NCBI RefSeq assembly: GCF_000341395.1
Contig: NC_020304.1
Location: 210,001-242,000, forward strand
DNA from: Desulfocapsa sulfexigens DSM 10523
GTDB taxonomy: Bacteria; Desulfobacterota; Desulfobulbia; Desulfobulbales; Desulfocapsaceae
Reading direction: 5' to 3'
Length of the DNA: 32,000 bases
Made by a program: the position numbers and the translations under genes
Shown here: piece after piece, positions 8,458-17,721 of the stretch
Layout of the letters: each line of letters begins with the position of its first letter
Numbering within the stretch: position 1 is the stretch's first letter
The notes under the pieces: generated by a model
Told to the model about the DNA's origin: nothing
The model's input: only the letters and a program-made list of their open reading frames with translations
Database searches by the model: none

Positions 8458-9252
8458 CTAATCAAGAGAAAGAGAGATACCATCCAGACTTCCAGATGAT
8501 TTTTCTTTCTGAGGAGCAGGAGCTGCATCCAGTCCGTCAAGTTCCAAATCCAGGCTCAATTCATCCAGATCACTATTTTCTTCAACGATATCTCCGGGTG
8601 ACAAATCTATATCATCAAGAGACAACGACAGGTCATCATCGACAGTACTGGATCCGGAATTCAAGCCCAGATCCAAATCGAGGCCGTCCAGATCCAGATC
8701 TTCATCCAGACTCATTTCATCGTCCAGTGAAAGATCCATCCCGGATGAAACGGAAGCAACAGGGCCATCAGTCTCACCAGGCGGGGCAAGATCAGAGATA
8801 TCAGCTAATTCATCGGGGACAGCAAGTGTGGCGGGAGCAGCAGGTTCATCTTCTGAAAAATCAAAATCGTCACCGTCATCGAGATCAAAATCAAAGCCGT
8901 CTTCACTTTCTCCATCACTTTCAGGCTCAAGTAGAAAATCATTATCCGAATCCTGAGTGGCAAAAGCGGTTCCCTCTTCACTCTCATCTTCATCAACAAG
9001 AATATCCAGATCAGGATCAGAGAAGTCATAATCATCCTCTGCATAGTCTTCACCCATACTAATGGTTCCGCTGTCCTCGTCGACAGGATCAGGCTCCGGC
9101 GGTGAATTTTTGTCTGGAACTCTTAGGAAGGAGGGTGCTGCAGCATGATACGTTGTGCCTGCAACGCTAGTGCTCCCTGAAATATCTTTCTTACATTTCA
9201 GACAACTCTCCATATGATCAAATGAGATATAACCACACTTAGGACAACGCAT
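8458..9252 (-). CDS. Zinc-ribbon protein with very long acidic low-complexity tail
   Basis: Start trimmed to MRCPKCGYISFDHMESCLKCKKDISG (CxxC...CxxC). A stretch of roughly 190 residues without any Lys/Arg/His follows. It is dominated by D/E/S/L with recurring LDLD/DLSLD motifs. Confidence 0.65.
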   Translation of the reverse strand: MRCPKCGYISFDHMESCLKCKKDISGSTSVAGTTYHAAAPSFLRVPDKNSPPEPDPVDEDSGTISMGEDYAEDDYDFSDPDLDILVDEDESEEGTAFATQDSDNDFLLEPESDGESEDGFDFDLDDGDDFDFSEDEPAAPATLAVPDELADISDLAPPGETDGPVASVSSGMDLSLDDEMSLDEDLDLDGLDLDLGLNSGSSTVDDDLSLSLDDIDLSPGDIVEENSDLDELSLDLELDGLDAAPAPQKEKSSGSLDGISLSLD

Positions 9253-9408
9253 ATTTGGACACCTTCGCTGGATTTTATTTACACTTTTTCTGTATCGAGA
9301 CAAAAAATAATTATCTTCGCGTACTAGATCTTGTCATTATGGCACATCTTTCCCCAAAGAATCAAGAAATTTTCTATTATACAGGGCTGTTGCTTCAGAG
9401 AAAAGGGA

Positions 9409-10251
9409 TCAGGGCAGTATCTGCCAATCCATGCCGATGTCACAGGAGGGGGCAGAATGGGTAAGCGCACCCACCGAAATAATATCAACCCCGGTGGCAG
9501 CAATACCCGCCACCGTATCCAGATTCACGCCGCCGGAGGCCTCAACCAGAGCCCTTCCATCAATCATGGCCACAGCCTGTTTCATGGTTTCAAGATCCAT
9601 ATTGTCGAGCATGATGATATCTGCATGGCACTCCAGACATTCACGCACCTGATCCAGAGTATCGGTTTCCACCTCAATCTTTATGGTGTGCGGAACCTTT
9701 TCCCGTAGTATCTGAACTGCCTGTGTCAGGGAACCACGGGCCGCAATATGGTTGTCTTTAATGAGCACACCATCACTGAGATTGAAACGATGATTATAGC
9801 CGCCCCCAACACGGACGGCATATTTCTCAAGCATACGCAGGCCCGGAGTGGTTTTGCGGGTATCGGTTATTCGTACGGGAAAGAGCTTTGTTTTTTCAAC
9901 AAAACGGGCTGTGAGGGTCGCGATGCCGGAAAGGCGCTGCAGCAGGTTTAAAGCGACGCGCTCTGCCTTAAGCAGATCGACCACAGGGCCAGACACCATA
10001 AGAAGAATATCCCCAGGGGAAACCACGCGTCCATCATTTACTGCCCCAGTACATTGAATTTCAGGATTCTGCAGCGAGAACACCTGCGCTGCCACGCTGT
10101 CTACTCCGGCAGCGACAAAAGATTCCCTGGCAACAAGACGGGCACAGCCCTGTTCGTCTTTCCCGAATAATGGCTCACTGCTCAGATCACCATTTCCGAT
10201 ATCCTCACGGAGAAATGATCTCAGCAGGCTGGTGAGCAGATCTTTATCCAA
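9409..10251 (-). CDS. nadC: Nicotinate-nucleotide diphosphorylase (carboxylating), quinolinate phosphoribosyltransferase
   Basis: Typical NadC length and motifs (LREDIGNGDL, LIKDNHI, IMLDNM, EASGGV). Apparent TTG start overlaps the valS stop by 8 nt. Confidence 0.9.
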   Translation of the reverse strand: MDKDLLTSLLRSFLREDIGNGDLSSEPLFGKDEQGCARLVARESFVAAGVDSVAAQVFSLQNPEIQCTGAVNDGRVVSPGDILLMVSGPVVDLLKAERVALNLLQRLSGIATLTARFVEKTKLFPVRITDTRKTTPGLRMLEKYAVRVGGGYNHRFNLSDGVLIKDNHIAARGSLTQAVQILREKVPHTIKIEVETDTLDQVRECLECHADIIMLDNMDLETMKQAVAMIDGRALVEASGGVNLDTVAGIAATGVDIISVGALTHSAPSCDIGMDWQILP

Positions 10252-12907
10252 TTTCCGCGAGCCTCTTTTCAGCTTCAGCTATCTTAGCAAGCGTTGCCTC
10301 GAGCTCCGCACGTTTTCCCTCTTCCTTCGCAACAATCTCAGCTGGAGCATTGGCCAGAAATTTCTTGTTTCCAAGCTTGCCATTGATTTGTTTCAGGGAT
10401 TTTTCTATCTTGTTACGTTCACGCTCAAGCTTCTCTCGTTCTTTTTCCACATCAACCAGGCCTTTGAGCGGCACGTACATTTCGATGTCCTGATAAATAT
10501 AGGTGGCGGCATCGCTTGGTTTATCCCCTTCTGCTGCAACAGTTAATGATTCAAGCCGTGTCATTGAGGAGATGGCAGGGGAGAATGTTTCAATCAGTGT
10601 TCTTTTCTGAGAATCAGCGCAGAGCACAAAGGCGTCGATCTTGGCTGAAGGATGGACATCGGCTTCAGAACGAATATTCCGAATTCCGGTGATTACTCCC
10701 ATAAGGAGCTCCACCTGGTTCTCAACACTATCATTCTGCCAATCATGAACAACAGGAAAGTCGCTGGTCACAAGCATTGAGCGATCCCCCGGCAGTACAC
10801 TCCAGATTTCCTCGGTGACAAAGGGGGTAATGGGATGAATCAACTTAAGAATGGTCTCCAGAACGTACAGTAGAACGCCTCGTGCCTGATCACGCAGGGT
10901 TTCATCCTTGCTGAAAAGATCTGCCTTGCTCCACTCCAGATACCAGTCACAGAATTCATGCCACACAAACTGATAAATCACCGAAGCAGCGTCATTAAAA
11001 CGATATTCATCAAGCGCCCTGCGCACAGCTGCAGTGGTCTTCGCCGTTCTGCTTAATATCCATTGATGGATAAGAGGCAGGTCAGCTGGAGTGTTTACCA
11101 CCTCGGTGATTGAGGCGTCACATTCCTCAACATGCATCAGGGTAAAACGGGCGGCATTCCAGAGTTTATTGATAAAAAAACGATATCCCTCAATGCGTTC
11201 TTCATCGAGTTTTATCTCACGCCCCTGGGCCGCAAAAGCAGTGAGGGTAAAGCGCATGGCGTCGGTTCCATACTGTTCCATGATAACCAGCGGATCAATA
11301 ACGTTCCCTGTTGACTTGGACATCTTCTTTCCATGCTTGTCACGAACCAGAGCATGAAGATACACATCTTTAAAGGGTACCTCATCCTCCATAAAGTGAA
11401 GGCCGAACATCATCATCCTGGCCACCCAGAAAAAGAGGATATCAAAAGATGTTATCAGTACGGAGGTGGGATAAAACGTCTGCAATTCCTTGGTGTTTTC
11501 AGGCCATCCCATTGTGGAAAAAGGCCAGAGAGCCGAGGAAAACCAGGTATCTAGAACATCGGTTTCCTGCTCAATAGCAGAAGAACCACACTTGGAACAC
11601 TTCGTGGGATCAACGGTCTCCACCATTAACTCGCCACAGTCCTTGCAGGTCCAGGCAGGAATACGGTGTCCCCACCAGATCTGGCGGGAAATGCACCAGT
11701 CCCGAATATCTCCCATCCATGAATAGTAGGTGTTATACCAGGTTTTTGGATAGAGAGTGATGCGTCCATCGCGCACCGCAGAAACAGCCTTCTCGGCAAG
11801 AGGTTTCACCGAAACAAACCACTGCAGCGAGGTGGTGGGCTCCACTACCGTGGAACAGCGATAACACTGCCCTACGGCATGGTCGTAATCTTCAATTTCT
11901 TTAAGAAATCCCTGATTTTTCAGATCTTCTACGATCTTTTTCCTGCAATCAAACCTATCAAGCCCCTCATATTTTCCGGCCTTGGCATTCATATTGCCAA
12001 AATCATCCATTACCTTCAGGATAGGAAGAGAATGACGGAGACCAATTTCATAATCATCACGATCATGAGCAGGAGTTACTTTCAGGGCACCGGTTCCGAA
12101 ATCTTTCTGTACGTGGTGATCAAAGACAATGGGAATTGTTCGATCTGTGAGTGGCAGGTTAATCCCCACATCAGCAAGATGCGAATAGCGTTCGTCATCG
12201 GGATGAACTGCCACAGCAGTATCACCAAGCATGGTTTCCGGCCGTGTTGTTGCAACCACCACATGACCCGAGCCATCGGCAAAGGGATAACGGATATGAT
12301 AGAGTTTTCCCTTCTTGTCTTCATGCTCCACTTCATCATCAGCAAGTGCGGTGTGACAACGTGGGCACCAGTTTACAATATAGTCGCCCTTATAGATCAA
12401 GCCATCATTATAAAGCTTCACAAAGGCATCACGCACAGCGGTGGAAAGTCCTTCATCCATGGTGAAGCGTTCCCGCTCCCAGTCACAGGATGCACCCAGG
12501 CGTTTTAGCTGGTTGATGATGGTTCCACCTTTTTCTCTGCGCCACTCCCATACCCGCTCTATAAAAGCCTCTCGCCCCAGATCATGGCGTCCCTTGCCTT
12601 CTGTGGCAAGTTGTCGTTCGACTACATTCTGAGTTGCAATGCCCGCATGGTCAGTGCCGGGAACCCAGAGGGTGTTGTCGCCACACATTCGATGATAGCG
12701 CACCAGCACGTCCTGCATGGTATTGTTCAAGGCATGACCAACGTGCAGAACACCAGTCACATTCGGAGGTGGAATAACAACGGAAAACGATGGCTTACCC
12801 TCTTCCATCTTCGCTCTGAACGAACCGGCTTCTGCCCAACGTTCCAGCCACTTTTCTTCTACATTGTCATACTGATAACTTTTTGCCAGAGTCTTTTTAT
12901 CATTCAT
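10244..12907 (-). CDS. valS: Valine--tRNA ligase
   Basis: Class I HIGH-type motif PPPNVTGVLHVGHAL, KMSKS loop, 887 aa, and the C-terminal coiled coil typical of ValRS. Confidence 0.95.
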   Translation of the reverse strand: MNDKKTLAKSYQYDNVEEKWLERWAEAGSFRAKMEEGKPSFSVVIPPPNVTGVLHVGHALNNTMQDVLVRYHRMCGDNTLWVPGTDHAGIATQNVVERQLATEGKGRHDLGREAFIERVWEWRREKGGTIINQLKRLGASCDWERERFTMDEGLSTAVRDAFVKLYNDGLIYKGDYIVNWCPRCHTALADDEVEHEDKKGKLYHIRYPFADGSGHVVVATTRPETMLGDTAVAVHPDDERYSHLADVGINLPLTDRTIPIVFDHHVQKDFGTGALKVTPAHDRDDYEIGLRHSLPILKVMDDFGNMNAKAGKYEGLDRFDCRKKIVEDLKNQGFLKEIEDYDHAVGQCYRCSTVVEPTTSLQWFVSVKPLAEKAVSAVRDGRITLYPKTWYNTYYSWMGDIRDWCISRQIWWGHRIPAWTCKDCGELMVETVDPTKCSKCGSSAIEQETDVLDTWFSSALWPFSTMGWPENTKELQTFYPTSVLITSFDILFFWVARMMMFGLHFMEDEVPFKDVYLHALVRDKHGKKMSKSTGNVIDPLVIMEQYGTDAMRFTLTAFAAQGREIKLDEERIEGYRFFINKLWNAARFTLMHVEECDASITEVVNTPADLPLIHQWILSRTAKTTAAVRRALDEYRFNDAASVIYQFVWHEFCDWYLEWSKADLFSKDETLRDQARGVLLYVLETILKLIHPITPFVTEEIWSVLPGDRSMLVTSDFPVVHDWQNDSVENQVELLMGVITGIRNIRSEADVHPSAKIDAFVLCADSQKRTLIETFSPAISSMTRLESLTVAAEGDKPSDAATYIYQDIEMYVPLKGLVDVEKEREKLERERNKIEKSLKQINGKLGNKKFLANAPAEIVAKEEGKRAELEATLAKIAEAEKRLAEIG

Positions 12908-12971
12908 ATCTTGTTAACAGCTATTAATTTATTGTAATTTTATTCAACAGTACACAGGTTAAACATTCGAG

Positions 12972-14066
12972 CTACAATCTTGCATTCCATGGCTTCGGCA
13001 GGAAAATCTGTTCATAAATACGCATGGCATAACGATCCGTCATCCCGGCAATAAAATCACAGACACGACGATGCGCCTGGTTCTCATTTTCCCAGGAGTC
13101 TGCTCCGAATGTTTCCCAGGAACTCCCATCAAACTGCCCCAGACCATTCTCCATAAAATAACCATAAAGATCACGTATAATTCGCTGTGCCTTCTCAAAC
13201 TCGTTATGCACTCTATAATAGCGGTATACGTTTTCATATAGAAACATTCGCAGATCAGTAATGGCACGGAGCATTTTTTTACTTATATGAAGCCTGCCGT
13301 CTGCCGCCTGGAGAGTCTCAATAATAAGATCCCTGACCATGGCCCCGGTTCTCTTTGAATGTCTCTCGCCAACCACCGCCCTGATATCTGCAGGCAGATC
13401 ATTCTCTTTGAGGATTCCAGCACGCAGTGCATCATCCATGTCATGATTTACGTAAGCCACGATATCAGCAACCCGCACAACCTGCCCTTCCAGAGTAGCT
13501 GGAAGTTCAGCATCATTCCTGGGGAAGATATCATTACGTCCCTTGGAGTGTTTGACGATCCCATTGCGCACCTCGAAGGTGAGATTCAAGCCCTGCTTCT
13601 CATTTTCCAGGAAATCCACCACCCGCAGACTGTGAATATAATGACGAAAACCTCCCGGATGCAATTCGTTCAGTGTTGCCTCTCCTGCATGCCCGAAGGG
13701 TGTGTGTCCCAGGTCATGTCCAAGTGCAATTGCCTCGGTCAACGGTCCGTTCAGGCAGAGTGCCGCAGCCATGGTTCTGGCAATCTGTGAGACTTCAAGA
13801 ACATGCGTAAGGCGCGTACGATAATGATCGCCAGCGGGTGCAAGAAAGACCTGGGTTTTATGTTTCAAACGACGAAATGTTTTCGAATGGGTTATACGAT
13901 CCCTATCCCGCTCAAAGGGCATACGGATATCACACTCATCATCTTTTTCGATCCGCATGCGTCCTGCAGTATTTTTATTGAGACACGCATAGGGGGAAAG
14001 AATTTCCTCTTCTCTGTCTTCCAGCTGCCGCCGGATAGACCTTCCTACAACCGGTGTGTATGCCAT
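12972..14066 (-). CDS. dgt: dGTP triphosphohydrolase-like HD-domain protein
   Basis: HD-domain signature TRLTHVLEVSQIAR...GHDLGHTPFGHAGE and the Dgt-like C-terminal region (DFIAGMTDRYA). Confidence 0.85.
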   Translation of the reverse strand: MAYTPVVGRSIRRQLEDREEEILSPYACLNKNTAGRMRIEKDDECDIRMPFERDRDRITHSKTFRRLKHKTQVFLAPAGDHYRTRLTHVLEVSQIARTMAAALCLNGPLTEAIALGHDLGHTPFGHAGEATLNELHPGGFRHYIHSLRVVDFLENEKQGLNLTFEVRNGIVKHSKGRNDIFPRNDAELPATLEGQVVRVADIVAYVNHDMDDALRAGILKENDLPADIRAVVGERHSKRTGAMVRDLIIETLQAADGRLHISKKMLRAITDLRMFLYENVYRYYRVHNEFEKAQRIIRDLYGYFMENGLGQFDGSSWETFGADSWENENQAHRRVCDFIAGMTDRYAMRIYEQIFLPKPWNARL

Positions 14067-14331
14067 GATTTATTCCAGGATTTTTCCAGATATGTGGTCA
14101 TTACAACATGTTTCTAGTTTTCTACACGCACTGTAAGTACACTGCAAGGTTTAACACACCTCGGTTCCAGGATTTTTTTTTGAGACCGATATCTGTCTCC
14201 TTTTTTTAAAAATAACTTCTCGTTTGTTTCTCAGTTTCTTATTATAGGATGCATTTATTAAAAATAATATTACATTGTTGCCAGTAAAATCATAGTGACA
14301 GGCACTATCATTAACACAACGGAGGAAGAAG

Positions 14332-15297
14332 ATGATTAGAAAAGTATTACCCCTGTTTTTTGCAGCCCTGCTTATGGTATGCAGCGGCCAGGCCATGGCC
14401 GGTGGCAGTCAAAACTATCCCAATGGCGCAGAAGCCTTTCTGGCAGGAGCAGTTCCTCCGCCCGGCTTCTACTTTCTTGACTACATGTATTACTACAATG
14501 CAGACACCATGAAAGATGACAACGGCGATGATATTGCCGCATTCGATGACGTGTCAGTGGTTGCCAACGTGTTCCGTTTTTTATGGATGAGCGACAAACA
14601 GATCCTTGGCGGAAATTATGGTATGCATGCCTTCCTGCCCATTCTCAGTACCGACCTCAGTTTTAATGCTCCGGTTGGCCCCGAATCTACAAATTCCTAC
14701 GATGACACCAATGTTCCCTATGTCATTTTCAGTCCTTTCATTCTTTCCTGGCATCTCCAGGAGGGGAAACTCCATCTCGTAACCTCTCTTGCCGATATCT
14801 ATATCCCAACCGGACAGGATGAGGGCAACATGGCATCCGTGGGTAAAAATTTCTGGACCATTGAACCGGTATTTGGCATCACCTATATGACAAATGGCTG
14901 GGAATTTTCAGGAAAATTCATGTATGACTTCAGCACCAGTCAGGACAACTACGCCACTGTTTACGGTTTCAATGTTGATCGCGATCCAGGCCAGGAATTT
15001 CATTTTGATTACTCAGCATCCTATGAAGTCAGCCCAGGCCTTCGTCTTGGCCTGAACGGTTACTACTATACCCAGACAACTGATGATTCATACGATATAG
15101 ACAGTTCTCTTCCCGCTCCCGTTCAAGCTCTGCTGCAGGAAGACGAAGGAAATCGTAGTGAGGTTTTTGCTGCGGGTCCAGGAATCTGGTACAATCATAA
15201 GAACATGTTTTTCTCTCTGAGAAATCAGTGGGAGATGGCTGCGAAAAACAAAACTGAAGGATATAACATCTGGGCAAAGTTCACCTATGCCTTTTAG
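14332..15297 (+). CDS. Outer-membrane transporter of the putative MetA-pathway phenol-degradation (transporter) family
   Basis: GGAGG RBS. Signal peptide MIRKVLPLFFAALLMVCSGQAMA. N-terminal NYPNGAE...PPPGFY motif and C-terminal ...KFTYAF beta-signal. Confidence 0.75.
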   Translation: MIRKVLPLFFAALLMVCSGQAMAGGSQNYPNGAEAFLAGAVPPPGFYFLDYMYYYNADTMKDDNGDDIAAFDDVSVVANVFRFLWMSDKQILGGNYGMHAFLPILSTDLSFNAPVGPESTNSYDDTNVPYVIFSPFILSWHLQEGKLHLVTSLADIYIPTGQDEGNMASVGKNFWTIEPVFGITYMTNGWEFSGKFMYDFSTSQDNYATVYGFNVDRDPGQEFHFDYSASYEVSPGLRLGLNGYYYTQTTDDSYDIDSSLPAPVQALLQEDEGNRSEVFAAGPGIWYNHKNMFFSLRNQWEMAAKNKTEGYNIWAKFTYAF

Positions 15298-15363
15298 TAG
15301 TTTAGAAATTCTTTTCAAGTTTTCTTGAAAACAATTTCCTGATTTTAAGTCATTTTTTACAGC

Positions 15364-15395
15364 AAAAGGCCACACGATTATTCGTGTGGCCTTTT
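15364..15395. terminator. Bidirectional rho-independent terminator between convergent genes
   Basis: A 13-bp stem, aaaaggccacacg / cgtgtggcctttt, with a 6-nt loop and T-tracts on both strands. It starts 1 nt after the stop of the minus-strand Fe-S gene. Confidence 0.8.
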
Positions 15396-15396
15396 G

Positions 15397-16596
15397 TTAT
15401 TTCCGCACCTGCCCGAGTAACTGCGCAAGGTGCAACACCTTCACATCACTCCCTGCTGCAGTCAGTCCCTGCTGCCATTGCATCAGGCAGCCCGAACAAG
15501 TCGTTGTAATTACATCTGGATCCAAGGCAAGAACATCCTCCACCAGCTGATCACGGATGCTTGCCGATATCTCAGGGTGTGCCACATGAAAAAGCCCCCC
15601 CTGACCGCAACATCTTGGCCCATCGGGAAGTTCAAGCACTTTTACTGTCCCCGTTTTTTGTAACTGCTGTCGCGCCCTGTCAACACCCTCTGCTCCATGA
15701 CGCAGATGACAGGGATCGTGGTAAAACACCCGGAGTCTCTGCTCCTTTTGAATAACATCCTGTTTATTTTCAGGATTTTGCTGCTCAAGAAATGTACTGA
15801 ATTCCACAACCCGTGCGGCCATATTCTCGGCTCGCAGCTGCCAGGCACCATCCTTTGCAAAAAGTTCCGGATAGGCTTTTAATTGAGCATAACAGGAAGC
15901 ACAGGAGACTAAAATCGGTCCCTCTGTCGTTTCCATTACTTCAATATTTTTTCGCCCACTTCTTCTAGCACCCTCAAGATCTCCCGCGGCAAGATCGGCA
16001 AGCCCACAACAGGCAAGCTCGTTGGGGTACTCCAGAGAAAATGTATTATCAGCCAGAATCGATCGGCAGGACTCAAGAATATCCGGAAAAAGATATCGTG
16101 CCGAGCACCCTGGGAACCAGCTGAGACTGGCGCCACCGGAAATTCCAGCCTGCTCCCGAGGTTCCCTCACCACCGAGAGCGCATCATCCTGAAACATTGC
16201 CAGGCGCAACCTGAGTCCGGAATCGCTGGGTAGCCTCTTACCAAGCAGTTTTCCACAGGCTTTTCCTAAAACACGAAAACCCGTCAAACTTCCGGGAAAA
16301 TCGAGAAGTTTACGGGCGAGATATTTTTCGTAAGCATGGGGGCCAGCCAGCACAGAGAAGCTCTCTCTTGCACTGACCAGCTCCTTAGGTATATCAATAT
16401 TTCTTGGGCAAACAGCGGCGCAGGCACCACAGAGGAGACAGGCAGAGAAAATATCCACAAAAAGAGTACTGCTTTTTTCAAGACCTAATGTATCTAAAAG
16501 GTGCAGCTTACCCCTTGCAGTATGTCCCTCTCTGCCACTTGTTCGAAAAACCGGACAGACCGTAGAACAGGCTCCGCATTTTGCACACTCTGACAA
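15397..16596 (-). CDS. (Fe-S)-binding protein with two 4Fe-4S motifs and two CCG domains (GlcF / HdrD-like)
   Basis: CAKCGACSTVCP and CLLCGACAAVCP ferredoxin motifs, plus two Cys-rich CCG-type segments (ELACCGLAD, PRCCGQGGLF). Apparent TTG start lies 8 nt after the prfB stop. Confidence 0.8.
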   Translation of the reverse strand: MSECAKCGACSTVCPVFRTSGREGHTARGKLHLLDTLGLEKSSTLFVDIFSACLLCGACAAVCPRNIDIPKELVSARESFSVLAGPHAYEKYLARKLLDFPGSLTGFRVLGKACGKLLGKRLPSDSGLRLRLAMFQDDALSVVREPREQAGISGGASLSWFPGCSARYLFPDILESCRSILADNTFSLEYPNELACCGLADLAAGDLEGARRSGRKNIEVMETTEGPILVSCASCYAQLKAYPELFAKDGAWQLRAENMAARVVEFSTFLEQQNPENKQDVIQKEQRLRVFYHDPCHLRHGAEGVDRARQQLQKTGTVKVLELPDGPRCCGQGGLFHVAHPEISASIRDQLVEDVLALDPDVITTTCSGCLMQWQQGLTAAGSDVKVLHLAQLLGQVRK

Positions 16597-16604
16597 GGTT
16601 TTCC

Positions 16605-17715
16605 CTACTTGGCCCAGAGTAAATAGGCCTTAATAAACATATCCAGATTCCCATCAAGCACGGCATCCACGTTTCCCATCTCAACTTCTGTCCGATGGTC
16701 TTTAATCAGACGATAGGGCTGGAGCACGTAGGAGCGGATCTGACTTCCCCAGGAGATATCCTTCTTATCTCCATGCAGTCCCGCCTGCTGTTCCGCCTGC
16801 TTTTCCTTCTCCAGTTCATACAGGCGGGAAGCCAGCATTTTCATAGCCATATCCCTGTTTCTATGCTGGGAACGTTCATTTTGACACTGTACCACCACAC
16901 CACTGGGGATATGAGTGATGCGAATGGCAGAATCTGTTTTGTTAACATGCTGCCCGCCCGAGCCACTGGCCCGATAGGTGTCTACGCGCAGATCCTTCTC
17001 ATCGATATCGACGTCAATAGTATCGTCTAGCTCTGGCATAACCATAACCGAAGCAAAGGATGTATGACGTCTACCACTTGCATCAAAGGGTGAAATCCGG
17101 ACAAGACGATGGATACCAAGTTCCGAGCGCATATACCCGTATGCAAAACGTCCCTTGATTATAAAAGTCACACTCTTGGTGCCGGCCTCATCTCCCGCCA
17201 GTATATCCAAAATATCCGCCTTAAACCCTTTGGCTTCTGCCCAGCGAAGATACATCCGGAGCAAAATCCCAACCCAATCCTGAGCCTCGGTTCCTCCGGC
17301 TCCGGCATGAATCGAGATAATGGCATTGGAAGTATCGTGTTCACCGGAAAACATGCACTCGAGTTCTGCAACCTCAAGGGTTGTTTCCATATCGGGCAGA
17401 GACGCAGCCACTTCGTGCTCTGTATCGTAATCCTCTTCTTCAGCCGCCATTTCAAGGAGAAGGTCTGCCTCCTCGAGTAGAGCCCAGCGTCCCTCCCAAC
17501 CCTCTATCAGGTCCTGAAGTTTTCCAAGTTCCTTCTGAACCCTTTTAGCCGTATCAGCATCATCCCAAAACCCCGGCTGAAGGGTCTGCTGTTCCAAATT
17601 TTCAAGATCGTCCTTCCGTCGAGCTAAGTCAAAGATGCTCCTTCAAGGCCAGCATTCGACCTTTAAGATCCTGCAGTTTCTGTTTCGAAACCGCAGCTCC
17701 CGTTTCTGTTGACAT
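16605..17715 (-). CDS. prfB: Peptide chain release factor 2, expressed via programmed +1 frameshift
   Basis: The ORF-track piece (16605-17597) holds the RF2 body, including GGQ (SGSGGQHVNKTDSA) and SPF (RISPFDAS). The upstream frame ATG(17715) MSTETGAAVSKQKLQDLKGRMLALKEHL ends at CTT TGA C. A +1 shift continues as DLARRKDDLENLEQQTLQPGFWDD. Confidence 0.93.
17628..17643 (-). promoter_or_regulatory. RF2 autoregulatory +1 frameshift site
   Basis: Minus strand reads AAGGAG CAT CTT TGA C: an internal SD-like element 3 nt upstream of the slippery CTT followed by the in-frame UGA. Confidence 0.9.
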
Positions 17716-17721
17716 GATTCC

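Noticed and set aside
8430-9062. 210-aa plus-strand ORF rich in His/Gln/Pro/Arg
   Set aside because: It is exactly antisense to the acidic D/E/L repeat region of the zinc-ribbon gene. GAT/GAA/CTG-type codon repeats leave the opposite strand free of stops. It has no SD, begins inside the tRNA promoter region, and has low-complexity composition.
11879-12508. 209-aa ORF antisense to valS, and other 60-90 aa ORFs across 10.2-12.9 kb
   Set aside because: They are shadow ORFs inside a very strongly supported ValRS coding region.
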